Shown here piece after piece: positions 8,573 through 17,807 of a DNA stretch of 64,000 bases (the first letter of the stretch is position 1; each line of letters starts with the position of its first letter). The notes under the pieces are model-generated. The model saw nothing but the letters and a program-made list of their open reading frames with translations, was not told the DNA's origin and searched no databases. This stretch comes from Polyangiales bacterium (lineage in GTDB: Bacteria; Myxococcota_A; Polyangia; Polyangiales; Polyangiaceae). The position numbers and the translations under genes were made by a program. Location: positions 21,379 to 85,378 of the forward strand of contig JBBRNJ010000035.1 of NCBI GenBank assembly GCA_038230375.1. The letters run 5' to 3'.

Positions 8573-10480
8573 CTAGGGAAGGGCGAGGAGGGAGTCGAAG
8601 GCGTGGCGAACGGTCCATGCTGCGTCGGTGGGGTTGCAGCCTCGCGCGGTCTGGATGACGCCGCCGAGCCAGGCCGCAAGGAGATGCGTCTCCTCGGACT
8701 TCATGCTCTCCGCGATGATGTGATCGGCCGCGCGGATGTACTCGCGCGCGCACGCGGCGTGGTCGCCCTGGTTGTAGGCAGGCACGCCCACGCGAAGCGC
8801 GCGGACGATCGCGTCGCGCACGAACGGCGGGGTGCGCGGCACTGGAGGGCCAATGGCGGTGCGGGCAGCGACGGCCTTCGGCATCTCCGCGGACACGCTG
8901 TCGCCGCGGACGCGCTCGAACGCCTCGGCAAGATTTGCGACGCCGACATTCGGTGGCGCGGTGCGGATGTCGCCCAGAGCACGCTCCAGCGCAGCGATGG
9001 CGGTCGCGCGCGCGGGAATGCCGCGACAGAGATCGCGAAGGGACATCGCGAAGCCCGCATGGAACGGGGCGAGCGCGTCCTCGTGGCCGAGCGCGTAGGC
9101 CCGATCCGTGATCGCGAAGAACTCGTCCACGGCGACGTCGGCTGCGTCGCGCGGAAGGCGACGTGTGATGGGCTCGGCGGCCAGCAGGTCGTCGAAGGCG
9201 TGGCGCATGATCCACGCGCGGAGCGTGGGGCTCTCTTGCGGCTCCGCCTGCGTCAGCGCCACGCGGAGCCGGACGGTGGCTGCGAGGCTCACGATACCCA
9301 CGCTGCGCGCGCGGATGACGTCCTGCGCAACATCCTTGTAGATCGCGTAGCAGCCTGCGTGGTTGCCCTCGTTGTAGGCCGGCGCGCCACGCGTGATCGC
9401 GCGACGGAGGCTCTCGCGCAGTGGCTCGTCGACAGGAGGGCGTGGGGGACCAGGGGGCGCCGGCGCGCGCGAGGTGGCGACTGACGGCGAGGACGCCAGC
9501 GACGGCGGGACAAAGCTGCCGCGCTCACGACGGCGGGCGCGGTCGTTGTCCATCAGCTCCGTGGCAACGTTCACCACGTCGCGCGCGGAAGCGAATCGCG
9601 CGTCCGCGTCCGGCGCGAGCAGCTTGTCCAGCAGGGCGTCGATGCCCAGCGCGAGATCATTCTGACCAAGCGTGGCCGTGATGCGCGCCCGGTTGCCTTC
9701 GCGCTGCAGCCGCGCCACCTCGAAGATGGTCTCTCCGATGTACGGATACTGGCCCGTGAGCATGGAGAAGAGCGTGACGCCGAGCGCGTAGAGATCGGCG
9801 CGACCGTCCACGTCGCCTGCGGTGATCTGCTCCGGCGCCATGTAGAGCGGGGTGCCCAGAATGGCGCCGATTCCCGTGAGGCGCGAGTCGGTCTTCAGGC
9901 GTGCAACGCCGAAATCGAGGATCTTCGCGACCTCCTCGTCGTCGCCGTCGTCGTCCTTCACCAGGATGACGTTCTCGCACTTCAGATCGCGGTGAATGAC
10001 GCCACGGTCGTGTGCGTGGGCCAGGCCGCGCGCGATCTGTCGCGTGAGCTTGAGCGAGCGGATGGGGTCCATGGGCGCGTCGCGGTCCACCACCTCCATC
10101 AACGAGAGGCCGTCCAGGTACTCCATGGCGATGTAGAGCAGCCCCGTGTCCGACTGGCTGAAGTCCACCACGCGCACGATGTGCCGGCTCTGCAAGAGGC
10201 TCGCGATCTCCGCCTCGCGCGTGAAGCGGGCGCGCATGCCGGCGTCGTAGGCGATGTCACCGAACATGACCTTGACCGCGAACACGCTGGCCATCCGGGT
10301 GTGCGCCGCCTGGTAGACCTGGCCCATGCCTCCGGAGGCGCGACGATCGATGATGCGGTAGCGCTCACCGAGCACCTGGCCCAGCAGCGGATCACCGATG
10401 TCGACGCGCGTCTGCGTCCCGTCGCGCGGGCAAACCCGCACTGTCTGGAACGCGGCCATGCAGGTTTCGCAGTAACGCAC
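8573..10480 (-). CDS. Ser/Thr protein kinase (Hanks type) with repeated C-terminal helical domain
   Basis: SGGMGQVY, AVK, HRDLK.EN, DFG, GTPLYMAPE, D.YALG; N-terminal CxxC..CP.DG; GTG start at 10480 follows an AGAAGGA RBS. Confidence 0.93.
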   Translation of the reverse strand: MRYCETCMAAFQTVRVCPRDGTQTRVDIGDPLLGQVLGERYRIIDRRASGGMGQVYQAAHTRMASVFAVKVMFGDIAYDAGMRARFTREAEIASLLQSRHIVRVVDFSQSDTGLLYIAMEYLDGLSLMEVVDRDAPMDPIRSLKLTRQIARGLAHAHDRGVIHRDLKCENVILVKDDDGDDEEVAKILDFGVARLKTDSRLTGIGAILGTPLYMAPEQITAGDVDGRADLYALGVTLFSMLTGQYPYIGETIFEVARLQREGNRARITATLGQNDLALGIDALLDKLLAPDADARFASARDVVNVATELMDNDRARRRERGSFVPPSLASSPSVATSRAPAPPGPPRPPVDEPLRESLRRAITRGAPAYNEGNHAGCYAIYKDVAQDVIRARSVGIVSLAATVRLRVALTQAEPQESPTLRAWIMRHAFDDLLAAEPITRRLPRDAADVAVDEFFAITDRAYALGHEDALAPFHAGFAMSLRDLCRGIPARATAIAALERALGDIRTAPPNVGVANLAEAFERVRGDSVSAEMPKAVAARTAIGPPVPRTPPFVRDAIVRALRVGVPAYNQGDHAACAREYIRAADHIIAESMKSEETHLLAAWLGGVIQTARGCNPTDAAWTVRHAFDSLLALP

Positions 10481-10505
10481 TGACGTCAGTGTCCTTCTCA
10501 ATCAT

Positions 10506-10545
10506 TTCGTTCGCAAGTGCATCCTGGATGCATGTCGCATGCGAA
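10506..10545. promoter_or_regulatory. Candidate overlapping divergent ECF (SigK-like) promoters
   Basis: Palindrome TGCATCC-T-GGATGCA (10518-10532); + strand GCATCC-N16-GCGAA; - strand GCATCC-N16-CGAA. Confidence 0.55.
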
Positions 10546-10615
10546 TGCTCGATTCGCGGGGCCCCGGTGATCAGCGTCCACGTGACCCGGCCGTTCGCGG
10601 TATGCTGCGCCGCCC

Positions 10616-11191
10616 TTGGAAACGACTGGTCCGCTCCTACCGCGGGTCGCCTCAGGTGACACCGCCGCCACGCGCGAATGCATCTCGCGCTACGGCGGGC
10701 TCGTGTGGTCGCTGGCGCGCCGTTTCTGTTCCTCGCTCGAGGACGCGGAGGACGCCGTGCAGGAGGTCTTCCTGGATCTGTGGAAGAGCGCGGCCCGCTT
10801 CGACGCGGCCGCAGGCGCGGAGGTGACGTTCGTGGGTGTGATCACGCGACGGCGGCTCATCGACCACCGCCGCCGAACGAAGCGCACGCCCGTCACCGAA
10901 CTGCTCACGGACACCATTCCGTCCGAGGGCGACGTGCCCGCCGAGCTCGGCGCGGAGGCGGCGCTTGCGGCGCGGGCGGTCGGACGGCTGCGCCCAGAGC
11001 AGCGCCAGGTGATCATGCTGACGGCGTGTCACGGACTCTCCCACGACGAGGTGGCGACGAGGACCGGCATGCCGCTGGGAACTGTGAAGGCACACTCGCG
11101 ACGCGGCCTCATCGCGGTGCGGGAGCTGCTTGCGGACCCGCTCGCCGCGGAAATACCCAGGGCCGAGCCCGCGATGGAGAAGCGATCATGA
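10616..11191 (+). CDS. ECF RNA polymerase sigma factor (SigK-like)
   Basis: DAEDAVQEVFLDLW region 2; LSHDEVA..TGMPLGTVK region 4. Confidence 0.93.
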   Translation: METTGPLLPRVASGDTAATRECISRYGGLVWSLARRFCSSLEDAEDAVQEVFLDLWKSAARFDAAAGAEVTFVGVITRRRLIDHRRRTKRTPVTELLTDTIPSEGDVPAELGAEAALAARAVGRLRPEQRQVIMLTACHGLSHDEVATRTGMPLGTVKAHSRRGLIAVRELLADPLAAEIPRAEPAMEKRS

Positions 11192-12237
11192 GCGCGAAGC
11201 ACACCCGTGCGCAGGAGCTCCTGAACGACGAGGCGCTCGTGGGCCTGACGGCGGAGGAGCGGGCGGAGCTCGACGCGATGCTGGCGGAAGCGCCGCTAGA
11301 GGCCGCGAAGGAGCGAGAGGCGTTCGGGAGGGCCGCGGCAAGCGTGGCGATCGCGAGCACGTTGAAGGGTGAGGAGATGCCAGCGGGGCTTGTGGAGAAG
11401 CTGGAGAGGCTCGCGAAGGAGAGGACGGCGACTTCGACACCGACGACGACTTCGACACCGACGACGACCTCGACTTCGACACCGACGACGACCTCGACTT
11501 CGACACCGACGACGACCTCGACTTCGACACCGACGACGACCTCGACTTCGACACCGACGACGACTTCGACCTCGACTTCGACTTCACCCTCGACCTCAAC
11601 CTCGACTTCACCCTCGACCTCACCCTCGACTTCACCCTCGACCTCGACCTCGACTTCTCCTTCTCCCCGAATCCCTTCTCCCTCCCCTTCTCGCTCCCGG
11701 CTTTTTGGGCGGCTTGGCTGGATGGCGGCGGCGGCTTGCTTCCTCGTCGCCGTGGGTGCGTGGACCCGGGAGCCTCGGGAGGTGATCGTCACCAAGGCCG
11801 TGTTCGTGCCTCATGACGTGTTTCCTCCTCCTCCGCCCACTGCGTCCGAGGAGCGCGAGCGGCTGCTTGCGAAGGCTGGGACGGAGAAGCTCGAATGGAG
11901 CGCGGCAAAGGACGAGGCGTCGAAGGGCGCGTCCGGCGACGTGGTGTGGAATGCGGCGGAGCAGAAGGGCGCCATGCGCTTCCACGGGCTCGCGAAGAAC
12001 GATCCGAAGCAGTTCCAGTACCAGCTCTGGATCTTCGACAAGACCCGCGATGACAAGTACCCGGTCGATGGCGGCGTATTCGACGTGGACCCGACGACGG
12101 GCGACGTGATCGTCCCGATCACCGCGCGCGTGCCCGTGCGCGAGGCGGCGCTCTTCGCCGTCACCGTGGAGAAGCCCGGCGGCGCAGTGGTGTCGAAGCG
12201 CGAGCGCATCATCCTCACCGCGAAGGCGCGCGGATGA
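11188..12237 (+). CDS. RskA-type anti-sigma factor with T/S/P-rich linker
   Basis: ATGA overlap with sigma gene; single TM helix; YQLW, PVDGGVF, FAVTVEKPGG C-terminal motifs. Confidence 0.9.
   Translation: MSAKHTRAQELLNDEALVGLTAEERAELDAMLAEAPLEAAKEREAFGRAAASVAIASTLKGEEMPAGLVEKLERLAKERTATSTPTTTSTPTTTSTSTPTTTSTSTPTTTSTSTPTTTSTSTPTTTSTSTSTSPSTSTSTSPSTSPSTSPSTSTSTSPSPRIPSPSPSRSRLFGRLGWMAAAACFLVAVGAWTREPREVIVTKAVFVPHDVFPPPPPTASEERERLLAKAGTEKLEWSAAKDEASKGASGDVVWNAAEQKGAMRFHGLAKNDPKQFQYQLWIFDKTRDDKYPVDGGVFDVDPTTGDVIVPITARVPVREAALFAVTVEKPGGAVVSKRERIILTAKARG
11431..11690. repeat. In-frame tandem repeat (24-bp unit ACTTCGACACCGACGACGACCTCG, degenerating to ACYTCR/CCYTCN units)
   Basis: Visible repeat encoding (TSTPTTTS)n followed by TS/PS runs. 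Confidence 0.92.
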
Positions 12238-14768
12238 CGCACTCGTCGGCGCTCTCGTTCATCCCGAAGGACGTCTCGGAGGACACGGTCCTGGAGGGGT
12301 TCCTCGCGTGGGTGAAGGAGCTCGGGCTGACGCTCTATCCAGCGCAGGAAGAGGCGATCCTCTCGATCACGACAGGCTCGAACGTGATCCTGAACACGCC
12401 CACCGGCTCCGGCAAATCGCTTGTCTTCACGTGTGCCGCGTTCGACGCGATCGCTCGCGGCAAACGTGCATTCTACACGTGTCCGATCAAGGCGCTTGCG
12501 AACGAGAGGTTCTTCGCGCTCGCCCGGGATTTTGGTCCGGACAACGTGGGCCTGATGACCGGCGACGCGACCGTGAACCGCGACGCGCCGATCATCTGCG
12601 CCACCGCCGAGATCCTGGCGAACATGGCCCTGCGCGAGGGGGCTCTTGCGCGCGTGGACCACGTCACCATGGACGAGTTCCACTACTACGCCGACAAGGA
12701 GCGCGGCGTGGCGTGGCAGATCCCGCTGCTCGAGCTCTCGAACGCCACGTTCCTGCTGATGAGCGCGACGCTGGGCGACACGTCGTTCTTCGAGGAGCGC
12801 CTCACCAAGCTCACGGGCAAGCCCACGACCACGGTGCGGTCCGTCGTGAGGCCCGTGCCGCTCGACTTCATGTATTCGGAGAAGCCGCTGCACGAGGCGC
12901 TCTCCGACCTCTTGCGACAGGAGCGCGCGCCCATCTACCTGGTGAACTTCTCCCAGCGCGGCGCCGCGGAGGAGGCCCAGAACCTGATGAGCATCGACGT
13001 GTGCTCCAAGGAAGAGAAGCGCGCCATCACGGAGGCGATGCTGGGCGCGCGCTGGAACAGCCCGTACGGCAAGGACCTGGCGCGTTTCCTGAAGCACGGC
13101 ATTGGCATCCACCACGCGGGCCTGCTCCCCAAGTATCGGCTGATGGTGGAGAAGCTCGCGCAGGCGGGGCTCTTGAAGGTCGTCAGCGGAACGGACACCC
13201 TTGGCGTGGGCGTGAACGTTCCCATCCGCACGGTGCTGTTCACCAAGATGTGCCGCTTCGACGGTACGGGCACGCGCATCCTCTCCGCGCGCGACTTCCA
13301 CCAGATCAGCGGCCGCGCGGGGCGCAAGGGCTTCGACAACCAGGGCTACGTGGTGGCGCAGGCGCCAGAGCACGTGATCGAGAACCTTCGCCTGGAGGCG
13401 AAGGCCGGCGGCGACCCGAAGAAGCTCCGCAAGATGGTGCGACGCAAGCCTCCCGAGCGCGGGTTCGTCCCGTGGAACCGCGAGACGTTCGTCACGCTGA
13501 CGACCGCGCTGCCTGAGCCGCTGAGATCGCGCTTCACCGTCTCGCACTCCATGCTGCTCTCCGTGCTCGAGCGCGACGGGAAATGCCTCTCCGTGGGCCG
13601 CCTCATAGACAAGAGCCACGAGCGCGAGGCGGAGAAGCGCATCCACAAGAAGACCGCGCTTGCCATGTTCAAGTCGCTCTGCGAGGCGGGCATCACGCTC
13701 GTGGAGCGCACCGGTCACGGGCGCCGCGTACGCGTGAACGACGAGCTGCAGGTGGACTTCTCGCTGAACCACGCTCTGTCGCTCTACCTGGTGGCGGCGA
13801 TCCGCTCGCTGGATCCGGAGTCGCCCACACACGCGCTCGACGTGCTCTCGCTGGTGGAGGCCATCCTGGAGAGCCCCGAGGCGATCCTGATGCGCCAGAA
13901 GGACAAGATCTTCGCCGACAAGCTGAACGAGCTGAAGGCGCAGGGAATGCCCTACGAAGAGCGGCAAGAGGTGCTGGAGAAGCTGGAGCACCCGAAGCCG
14001 CTCGCCGAATTCGTGTATGATACATACAACGAGTTTCGCATACTGCACCCGTGGGCGAACGAGAGCAGCGTGAAGCCAAAGTCCATCGCGCGGGACATGG
14101 TGGAGCAGTTCCTGTCCTTCACGGAGTACGTGCGCGAGTACGGGCTGCAGCGCATCGAGGGTGTGCTCTTGCGGTACCTGTCGGACGTCTACAAGACGCT
14201 CTCGACCAACGTGCCCACGGAAGAGAAGACCGACGCGCTCTTCGACGTCATCGACTTCCTTGGCGCCATGGTGAAGGAGATCGACGCCAGCCTCCTCGAT
14301 GAATGGGAGAAGATGCGCGACCCGGACCGCGCGCGGGAGATCGCGCTGCGCCAGGAGGAGGGACGTGCGGAGCCCGCGGGCACGCAGGACATCACGGCCG
14401 ACGCGCGCGCGTTCACGGTGCTGGTGCGCAATCGCATGTTCGATCTCGTGCGCGATCTGTCGCGCGGCACCTTCGATGACGGCGTCGAGCGCCTGGGAGA
14501 GGGCTCCGGCGTCACGGCGAACGATCTTGCGGCGGGTCGTGCGCTCTTCGAATCCAGCGGCAAAACCGGAGCGATCCGCACCGATCTGGAGGCGCGCAGC
14601 CCGAAGCACCTCATCGTGGAGAAGGAAGAGCACCTCTGGCGCGTGAAGCAGGTGCTCCTCGACGACGAGGGCCCATCCAGCGTCTTCATCGAGGCACGCG
14701 TGGACCTCGAGGCATCACGCGCAGAAGGTCGTGCGGTGGTGCGCGTCGATCGGATCGCCGCGGGCTGA
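12234..14768 (+). CDS. Ski2/HelY-like DEAD/DEAH-box helicase (DUF3516-type)
   Basis: TPTGSGKS, PIKAL, DEFH, MSAT, HHAG, TDTLGVG, QISGRAGR. Confidence 0.93.
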   Translation: MTHSSALSFIPKDVSEDTVLEGFLAWVKELGLTLYPAQEEAILSITTGSNVILNTPTGSGKSLVFTCAAFDAIARGKRAFYTCPIKALANERFFALARDFGPDNVGLMTGDATVNRDAPIICATAEILANMALREGALARVDHVTMDEFHYYADKERGVAWQIPLLELSNATFLLMSATLGDTSFFEERLTKLTGKPTTTVRSVVRPVPLDFMYSEKPLHEALSDLLRQERAPIYLVNFSQRGAAEEAQNLMSIDVCSKEEKRAITEAMLGARWNSPYGKDLARFLKHGIGIHHAGLLPKYRLMVEKLAQAGLLKVVSGTDTLGVGVNVPIRTVLFTKMCRFDGTGTRILSARDFHQISGRAGRKGFDNQGYVVAQAPEHVIENLRLEAKAGGDPKKLRKMVRRKPPERGFVPWNRETFVTLTTALPEPLRSRFTVSHSMLLSVLERDGKCLSVGRLIDKSHEREAEKRIHKKTALAMFKSLCEAGITLVERTGHGRRVRVNDELQVDFSLNHALSLYLVAAIRSLDPESPTHALDVLSLVEAILESPEAILMRQKDKIFADKLNELKAQGMPYEERQEVLEKLEHPKPLAEFVYDTYNEFRILHPWANESSVKPKSIARDMVEQFLSFTEYVREYGLQRIEGVLLRYLSDVYKTLSTNVPTEEKTDALFDVIDFLGAMVKEIDASLLDEWEKMRDPDRAREIALRQEEGRAEPAGTQDITADARAFTVLVRNRMFDLVRDLSRGTFDDGVERLGEGSGVTANDLAAGRALFESSGKTGAIRTDLEARSPKHLIVEKEEHLWRVKQVLLDDEGPSSVFIEARVDLEASRAEGRAVVRVDRIAAG

Positions 14769-14770
14769 CG

Positions 14771-15172
14771 CTAGAACAGATCCGCCGGCTGTAGCTTCGG
14801 CGGCGGGCGTGGGGTGGGCGTGGGCGCTGGCGGCGGAATCATGGTGGGCGCCGGAGTGGGCGGTCGTGGTGCAGGGGGCGCGGTCGCCGTGGTGACGACG
14901 GGTGTGCACGCGGGGCACGGAGGACACGCGGACGATGCGGCAGACGTGACGGGCGCGGATGAAGGCACCGGGTCCGCGGTGATCGTCGCGGATGTCGAGG
15001 CCGCAGCGCGCGCGCCGTTCGTCGGCGGGCCACACTTCGCGTTGTCGCAGACGCGGTCGCCCTTGCAGTCAGTGTCCTTCTGACAACCCAGGGCTGGGTC
15101 GCTCGAGGCCTGCGAGCACGCGCAGAGAGAGGAGAGGAGCGATAGCGCGATGAGGAGCCGTCGGAGGTCCAC
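14771..15172 (-). CDS. Small Cys/Pro-rich lipoprotein (paralog A)
   Basis: Lipobox LCAC; GCQKDTDCKGDRVCDNAKC; CPPCPAC; Pro-rich tail. Confidence 0.75.
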   Translation of the reverse strand: MDLRRLLIALSLLSSLCACSQASSDPALGCQKDTDCKGDRVCDNAKCGPPTNGARAAASTSATITADPVPSSAPVTSAASSACPPCPACTPVVTTATAPPAPRPPTPAPTMIPPPAPTPTPRPPPKLQPADLF

Positions 15173-15174
15173 GA

Positions 15175-15495
15175 TCAGTACCCCGGGTCCAGAGGGTTAC
15201 GGAGCTGGTTCGTGGGCACGGGCAGCGGCCGGGCTGGTCGTGGTGCAGCGGCGGTCGTGGTGGGAGGAGCGCACACCGGGCACGGCGGACACGCCGAAGC
15301 TACCTGCTGCGCGGACGGCGCGGGCGGGGCGGCGGCGGTCGTCATGACAACCTGGGATGCGCCGCACTTTCCGTTGTCGCAGATGCGATCGCCTTTGCAC
15401 TCAACGTCCGTCTTGCAGCCCAAGGCTGCGGGCGCGGGCTGCGAGCAGGCAGCAACCCCAACGACCAGGACGAGCACGGAGGCGAGGGCGCGCAT
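15175..15495 (-). CDS. Small Cys/Pro-rich lipoprotein (paralog B)
   Basis: MRALASVLVLVVGVAAC; GCKTDVECKGDRICDNGKC; CPPCPVC; start re-assigned within ORF 15175..16035. Confidence 0.75.
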   Translation of the reverse strand: MRALASVLVLVVGVAACSQPAPAALGCKTDVECKGDRICDNGKCGASQVVMTTAAAPPAPSAQQVASACPPCPVCAPPTTTAAAPRPARPLPVPTNQLRNPLDPGY

Positions 15496-15523
15496 CCTCC
15501 GATCGTAGCCGTTTTCGCCCGGT

Positions 15524-16063
15524 TCACGAGCCTTTCGCGCAGGCCACGGCAAGCCCGCCGGCACACGCGCGTTTCGTGAGCACGCTCGCATCTGCGTGAT
15601 CGGGCGCCGTGAGCACGCCGCGACCGAGCATCTGGGCCCAGTTGTAACATGCATGCATCTCGGCCGGCGCTGCCCCCGCGTTCGTGCGCGCCTCGAACAC
15701 GCCACCTGCGCTCCCCGCAGCAGGCGTGGTTGGGTTCGTGCATCGCGTCTTCGACGTGGCCTCACAGAGCCGCTCGTAGTGCCGTGCAGCCTCGCCCAGG
15801 GCCTCTGCGCGGCCGTCGAACGTCTCCAGCGAAGCGGCGCGCTCCAGACACGCGCACGTATCGCCAGACGCGCAGGCGCTCCGCAAGAACGCAAGGCCAC
15901 GCGCAACGTCACGCTCCGCGGGCTGCCCGCGAAGGACGGCGAGCGCAACGCGACGCTGACCCTCCGTGTCGCGAGGGCCGGTAAATATGTCCGGGTCGGG
16001 CGGCTTTTGAATCGCAGAGCAGCCGAGCACGCCAATCACGCATGCGCTCGTCAGTGCGCTCAG
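15524..16063 (-). CDS. Sel1/Hcp-like Cys-repeat lipoprotein (start uncertain)
   Basis: VLGC lipobox; repeats ARG..FLRSAC..G...AC, HYERLC, ACYNWAQM..G..KRAC.GG..AC. Confidence 0.65.
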   Translation of the reverse strand: MSALTSACVIGVLGCSAIQKPPDPDIFTGPRDTEGQRRVALAVLRGQPAERDVARGLAFLRSACASGDTCACLERAASLETFDGRAEALGEAARHYERLCEATSKTRCTNPTTPAAGSAGGVFEARTNAGAAPAEMHACYNWAQMLGRGVLTAPDHADASVLTKRACAGGLAVACAKGS

Positions 16064-16410
16064 GGCAACGGCGGAAGCCCACCGTCCGCGTAGAGCAGCG
16101 GGATGGTCGGGTGCGGATCGATCTTGAAGGACGTCGTGCACGCGTTCAGCAGATCCGTATAGACGTTCGGATCCGGCTTCGCCACGCAATCGTCGATGAT
16201 CGCGCCGTCGGGGCCGAGCATGCCGCCGTCGTTGTCGGGGCTCGCGCCGTCGGCCATCCCAGTGGACGTGCCCGAGTCCTTCGACACGTCCTCCTTGATG
16301 GCGCTGTCCCCGCACGCAGCGACGACGGCGATGAGCGCGAGGATGCCAACGGCGATAGCGACGATACCCACGCTCCGCGGGCGCCGGAGGATGCTCGCGC
16401 GCGTGCTCAC
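16060..16410 (-). CDS. Small lipoprotein
   Basis: GTG start overlaps upstream TGA; hydrophobic stretch then AAC; C..P.....LLNACT and GGLPPLP C-terminus. Confidence 0.7.
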   Translation of the reverse strand: MSTRASILRRPRSVGIVAIAVGILALIAVVAACGDSAIKEDVSKDSGTSTGMADGASPDNDGGMLGPDGAIIDDCVAKPDPNVYTDLLNACTTSFKIDPHPTIPLLYADGGLPPLP

Positions 16411-17666
16411 CGGGCCTCGCAGTAGTTGTGGCGGCACTTGCCTGTGCCGCAGGGCCCGTCTGTCGTGCACGCCGTGCAGCTGGTCTTTCCGCTCGGCACG
16501 TTGGCGTCGAAGAAGCAGCCACATGGGGCCTGCGATGTGTAGCCTCTGAGTGGCGCCGCGTCGGCTGGATCACGCGTCACCTTCATCGCGCAGAGCGGAA
16601 CGAGCCCCTTGCTGACGGTGATGCCAAGGCCGTCCACGTCGGCGAGGGTGGTGTTGCCAAGGACCAGATCGATGAGCAGCTGCGCCTTCGGTTTCGCGGG
16701 CGCCTTCGACCCGGTGTCGATCGGTGTGATGTAGATCGTCTGCGCCCACGGCGTGTAGTGGCCGTCGCGCAGGTTCTTCTTGTCGAACGACGTGGGGCTA
16801 GAGTCCGGCAGATACGCGTAGCGCTGCCCGAACGCACGGAACGCGAGCTCGGTCACCTTGTCGCGGTTCTGGTCGTAGATCTCGGTGCCCATGAGCCCGA
16901 TGGTCTTCTCGGGGTTCGTGGACTGGGCGACCGAGTTCAGCACCTCGGTGGAGCCGTTGAACGGGGTGCCGCGCAGCTTGGTCACCGGCTGCACGCCGAC
17001 TGCCGCCGAGAGCGTGAGCGCGGTGCTCTTCGTGGCGAGGCGCGTGAAGACAAAATGCTCATCCACCCACGGTGCCGCCTGGCCGACGTTGCCCAGACCG
17101 AACACGAAGTAGCCCTGTTCGGCCGTGAGCGACTGCTGCGTGCTTGCCTTGGGGACGATGAAGCCATAACCGGCGATGGGCCCTGGAAAGAGCCCCACGT
17201 CCGCGGGTGGGGGGGCCATCGTGCAGCTGGACGTGTAGGTCGCCGCGATGCCTACGTCGATCGGGATGCCGCTCGGCCAGACCAGCGGGTTCACGATGCA
17301 CTGCGAGGGCGGCTGCGAGGCATCCCACGCCGGGTTCTCGAGCGTCGATGGCGCATAGGAGAGCGTGGCGCTGGCGGCGATGACGCGCTTCGACGGATCG
17401 GCGTTGTACATGTTCGCGATGATCGTGCACGTGCCTGTGGTCGTGTAGATCAGGCTCGCCTGCTGGGCAGCGGAGTTGCGAAGCTTCTGGCTCATCAGAC
17501 GCAGCATCGGCTCTTGCGTGTCCCCGGACTGCACGACCAGCGCGTTCGTGAGCGGCGGATTGATCGCCGCATCATCACAGAATGGAAGCGCGTGTGCTTG
17601 CCGCGCGAGCAGCGTGGTCATCAGAAGGGCGCTCGCCGGGCCCGCCACCCGGAGCGGGGCTCGCAT
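16407..17666 (-). CDS. Secreted substrate-binding-like protein (possibly PstS/PBP fold) with Cys-rich C-terminus
   Basis: Signal peptide (AHA); TTTGTC, TR...ST, TIG, LRDGHY.PW pattern reminiscent of PstS-like PBPs; terminal CGC..C..C...C...C...C. Confidence 0.55.
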   Translation of the reverse strand: MRAPLRVAGPASALLMTTLLARQAHALPFCDDAAINPPLTNALVVQSGDTQEPMLRLMSQKLRNSAAQQASLIYTTTGTCTIIANMYNADPSKRVIAASATLSYAPSTLENPAWDASQPPSQCIVNPLVWPSGIPIDVGIAATYTSSCTMAPPPADVGLFPGPIAGYGFIVPKASTQQSLTAEQGYFVFGLGNVGQAAPWVDEHFVFTRLATKSTALTLSAAVGVQPVTKLRGTPFNGSTEVLNSVAQSTNPEKTIGLMGTEIYDQNRDKVTELAFRAFGQRYAYLPDSSPTSFDKKNLRDGHYTPWAQTIYITPIDTGSKAPAKPKAQLLIDLVLGNTTLADVDGLGITVSKGLVPLCAMKVTRDPADAAPLRGYTSQAPCGCFFDANVPSGKTSCTACTTDGPCGTGKCRHNYCEAR

Positions 17667-17739
17667 CAGGTTCTTGATTCCCACTAGGTCAGCGTGCACG
17701 ACGTTCCCGAGGACTCACAGCGACATCTCCGTTGCATCA

Positions 17740-17780
17740 CGCACACGGCTGCTACACCGGTGTGTACACAGTTGTAACAC
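17740..17780. promoter_or_regulatory. Four ~11-bp-spaced ACAC-ending direct repeats in divergent intergenic region (OmpR/PhoB-type box candidate)
   Basis: GCACAC, GCTACAC, GTACAC, GTAACAC ending at 17746, 17757, 17769, 17780. Confidence 0.35.
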
Positions 17781-17807
17781 GTCAAATGGCTTGTTTTCCG
17801 CTACGCC

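Noticed and set aside
10678..11187. N-terminal extensions of ORFs 10678..12237, 19343..21157 and 21840..24575
   Set aside because: Overlap upstream genes in another frame; true starts sit at stop/start overlaps (11188, 20252, 23646)
11811..14633. 940-aa antisense ORF, and similar long shadows (37047..38987, 42200..44317, 47903..50305, 58063..59763)
   Set aside because: Antisense shadows of well-supported genes; expected with high-GC codon bias
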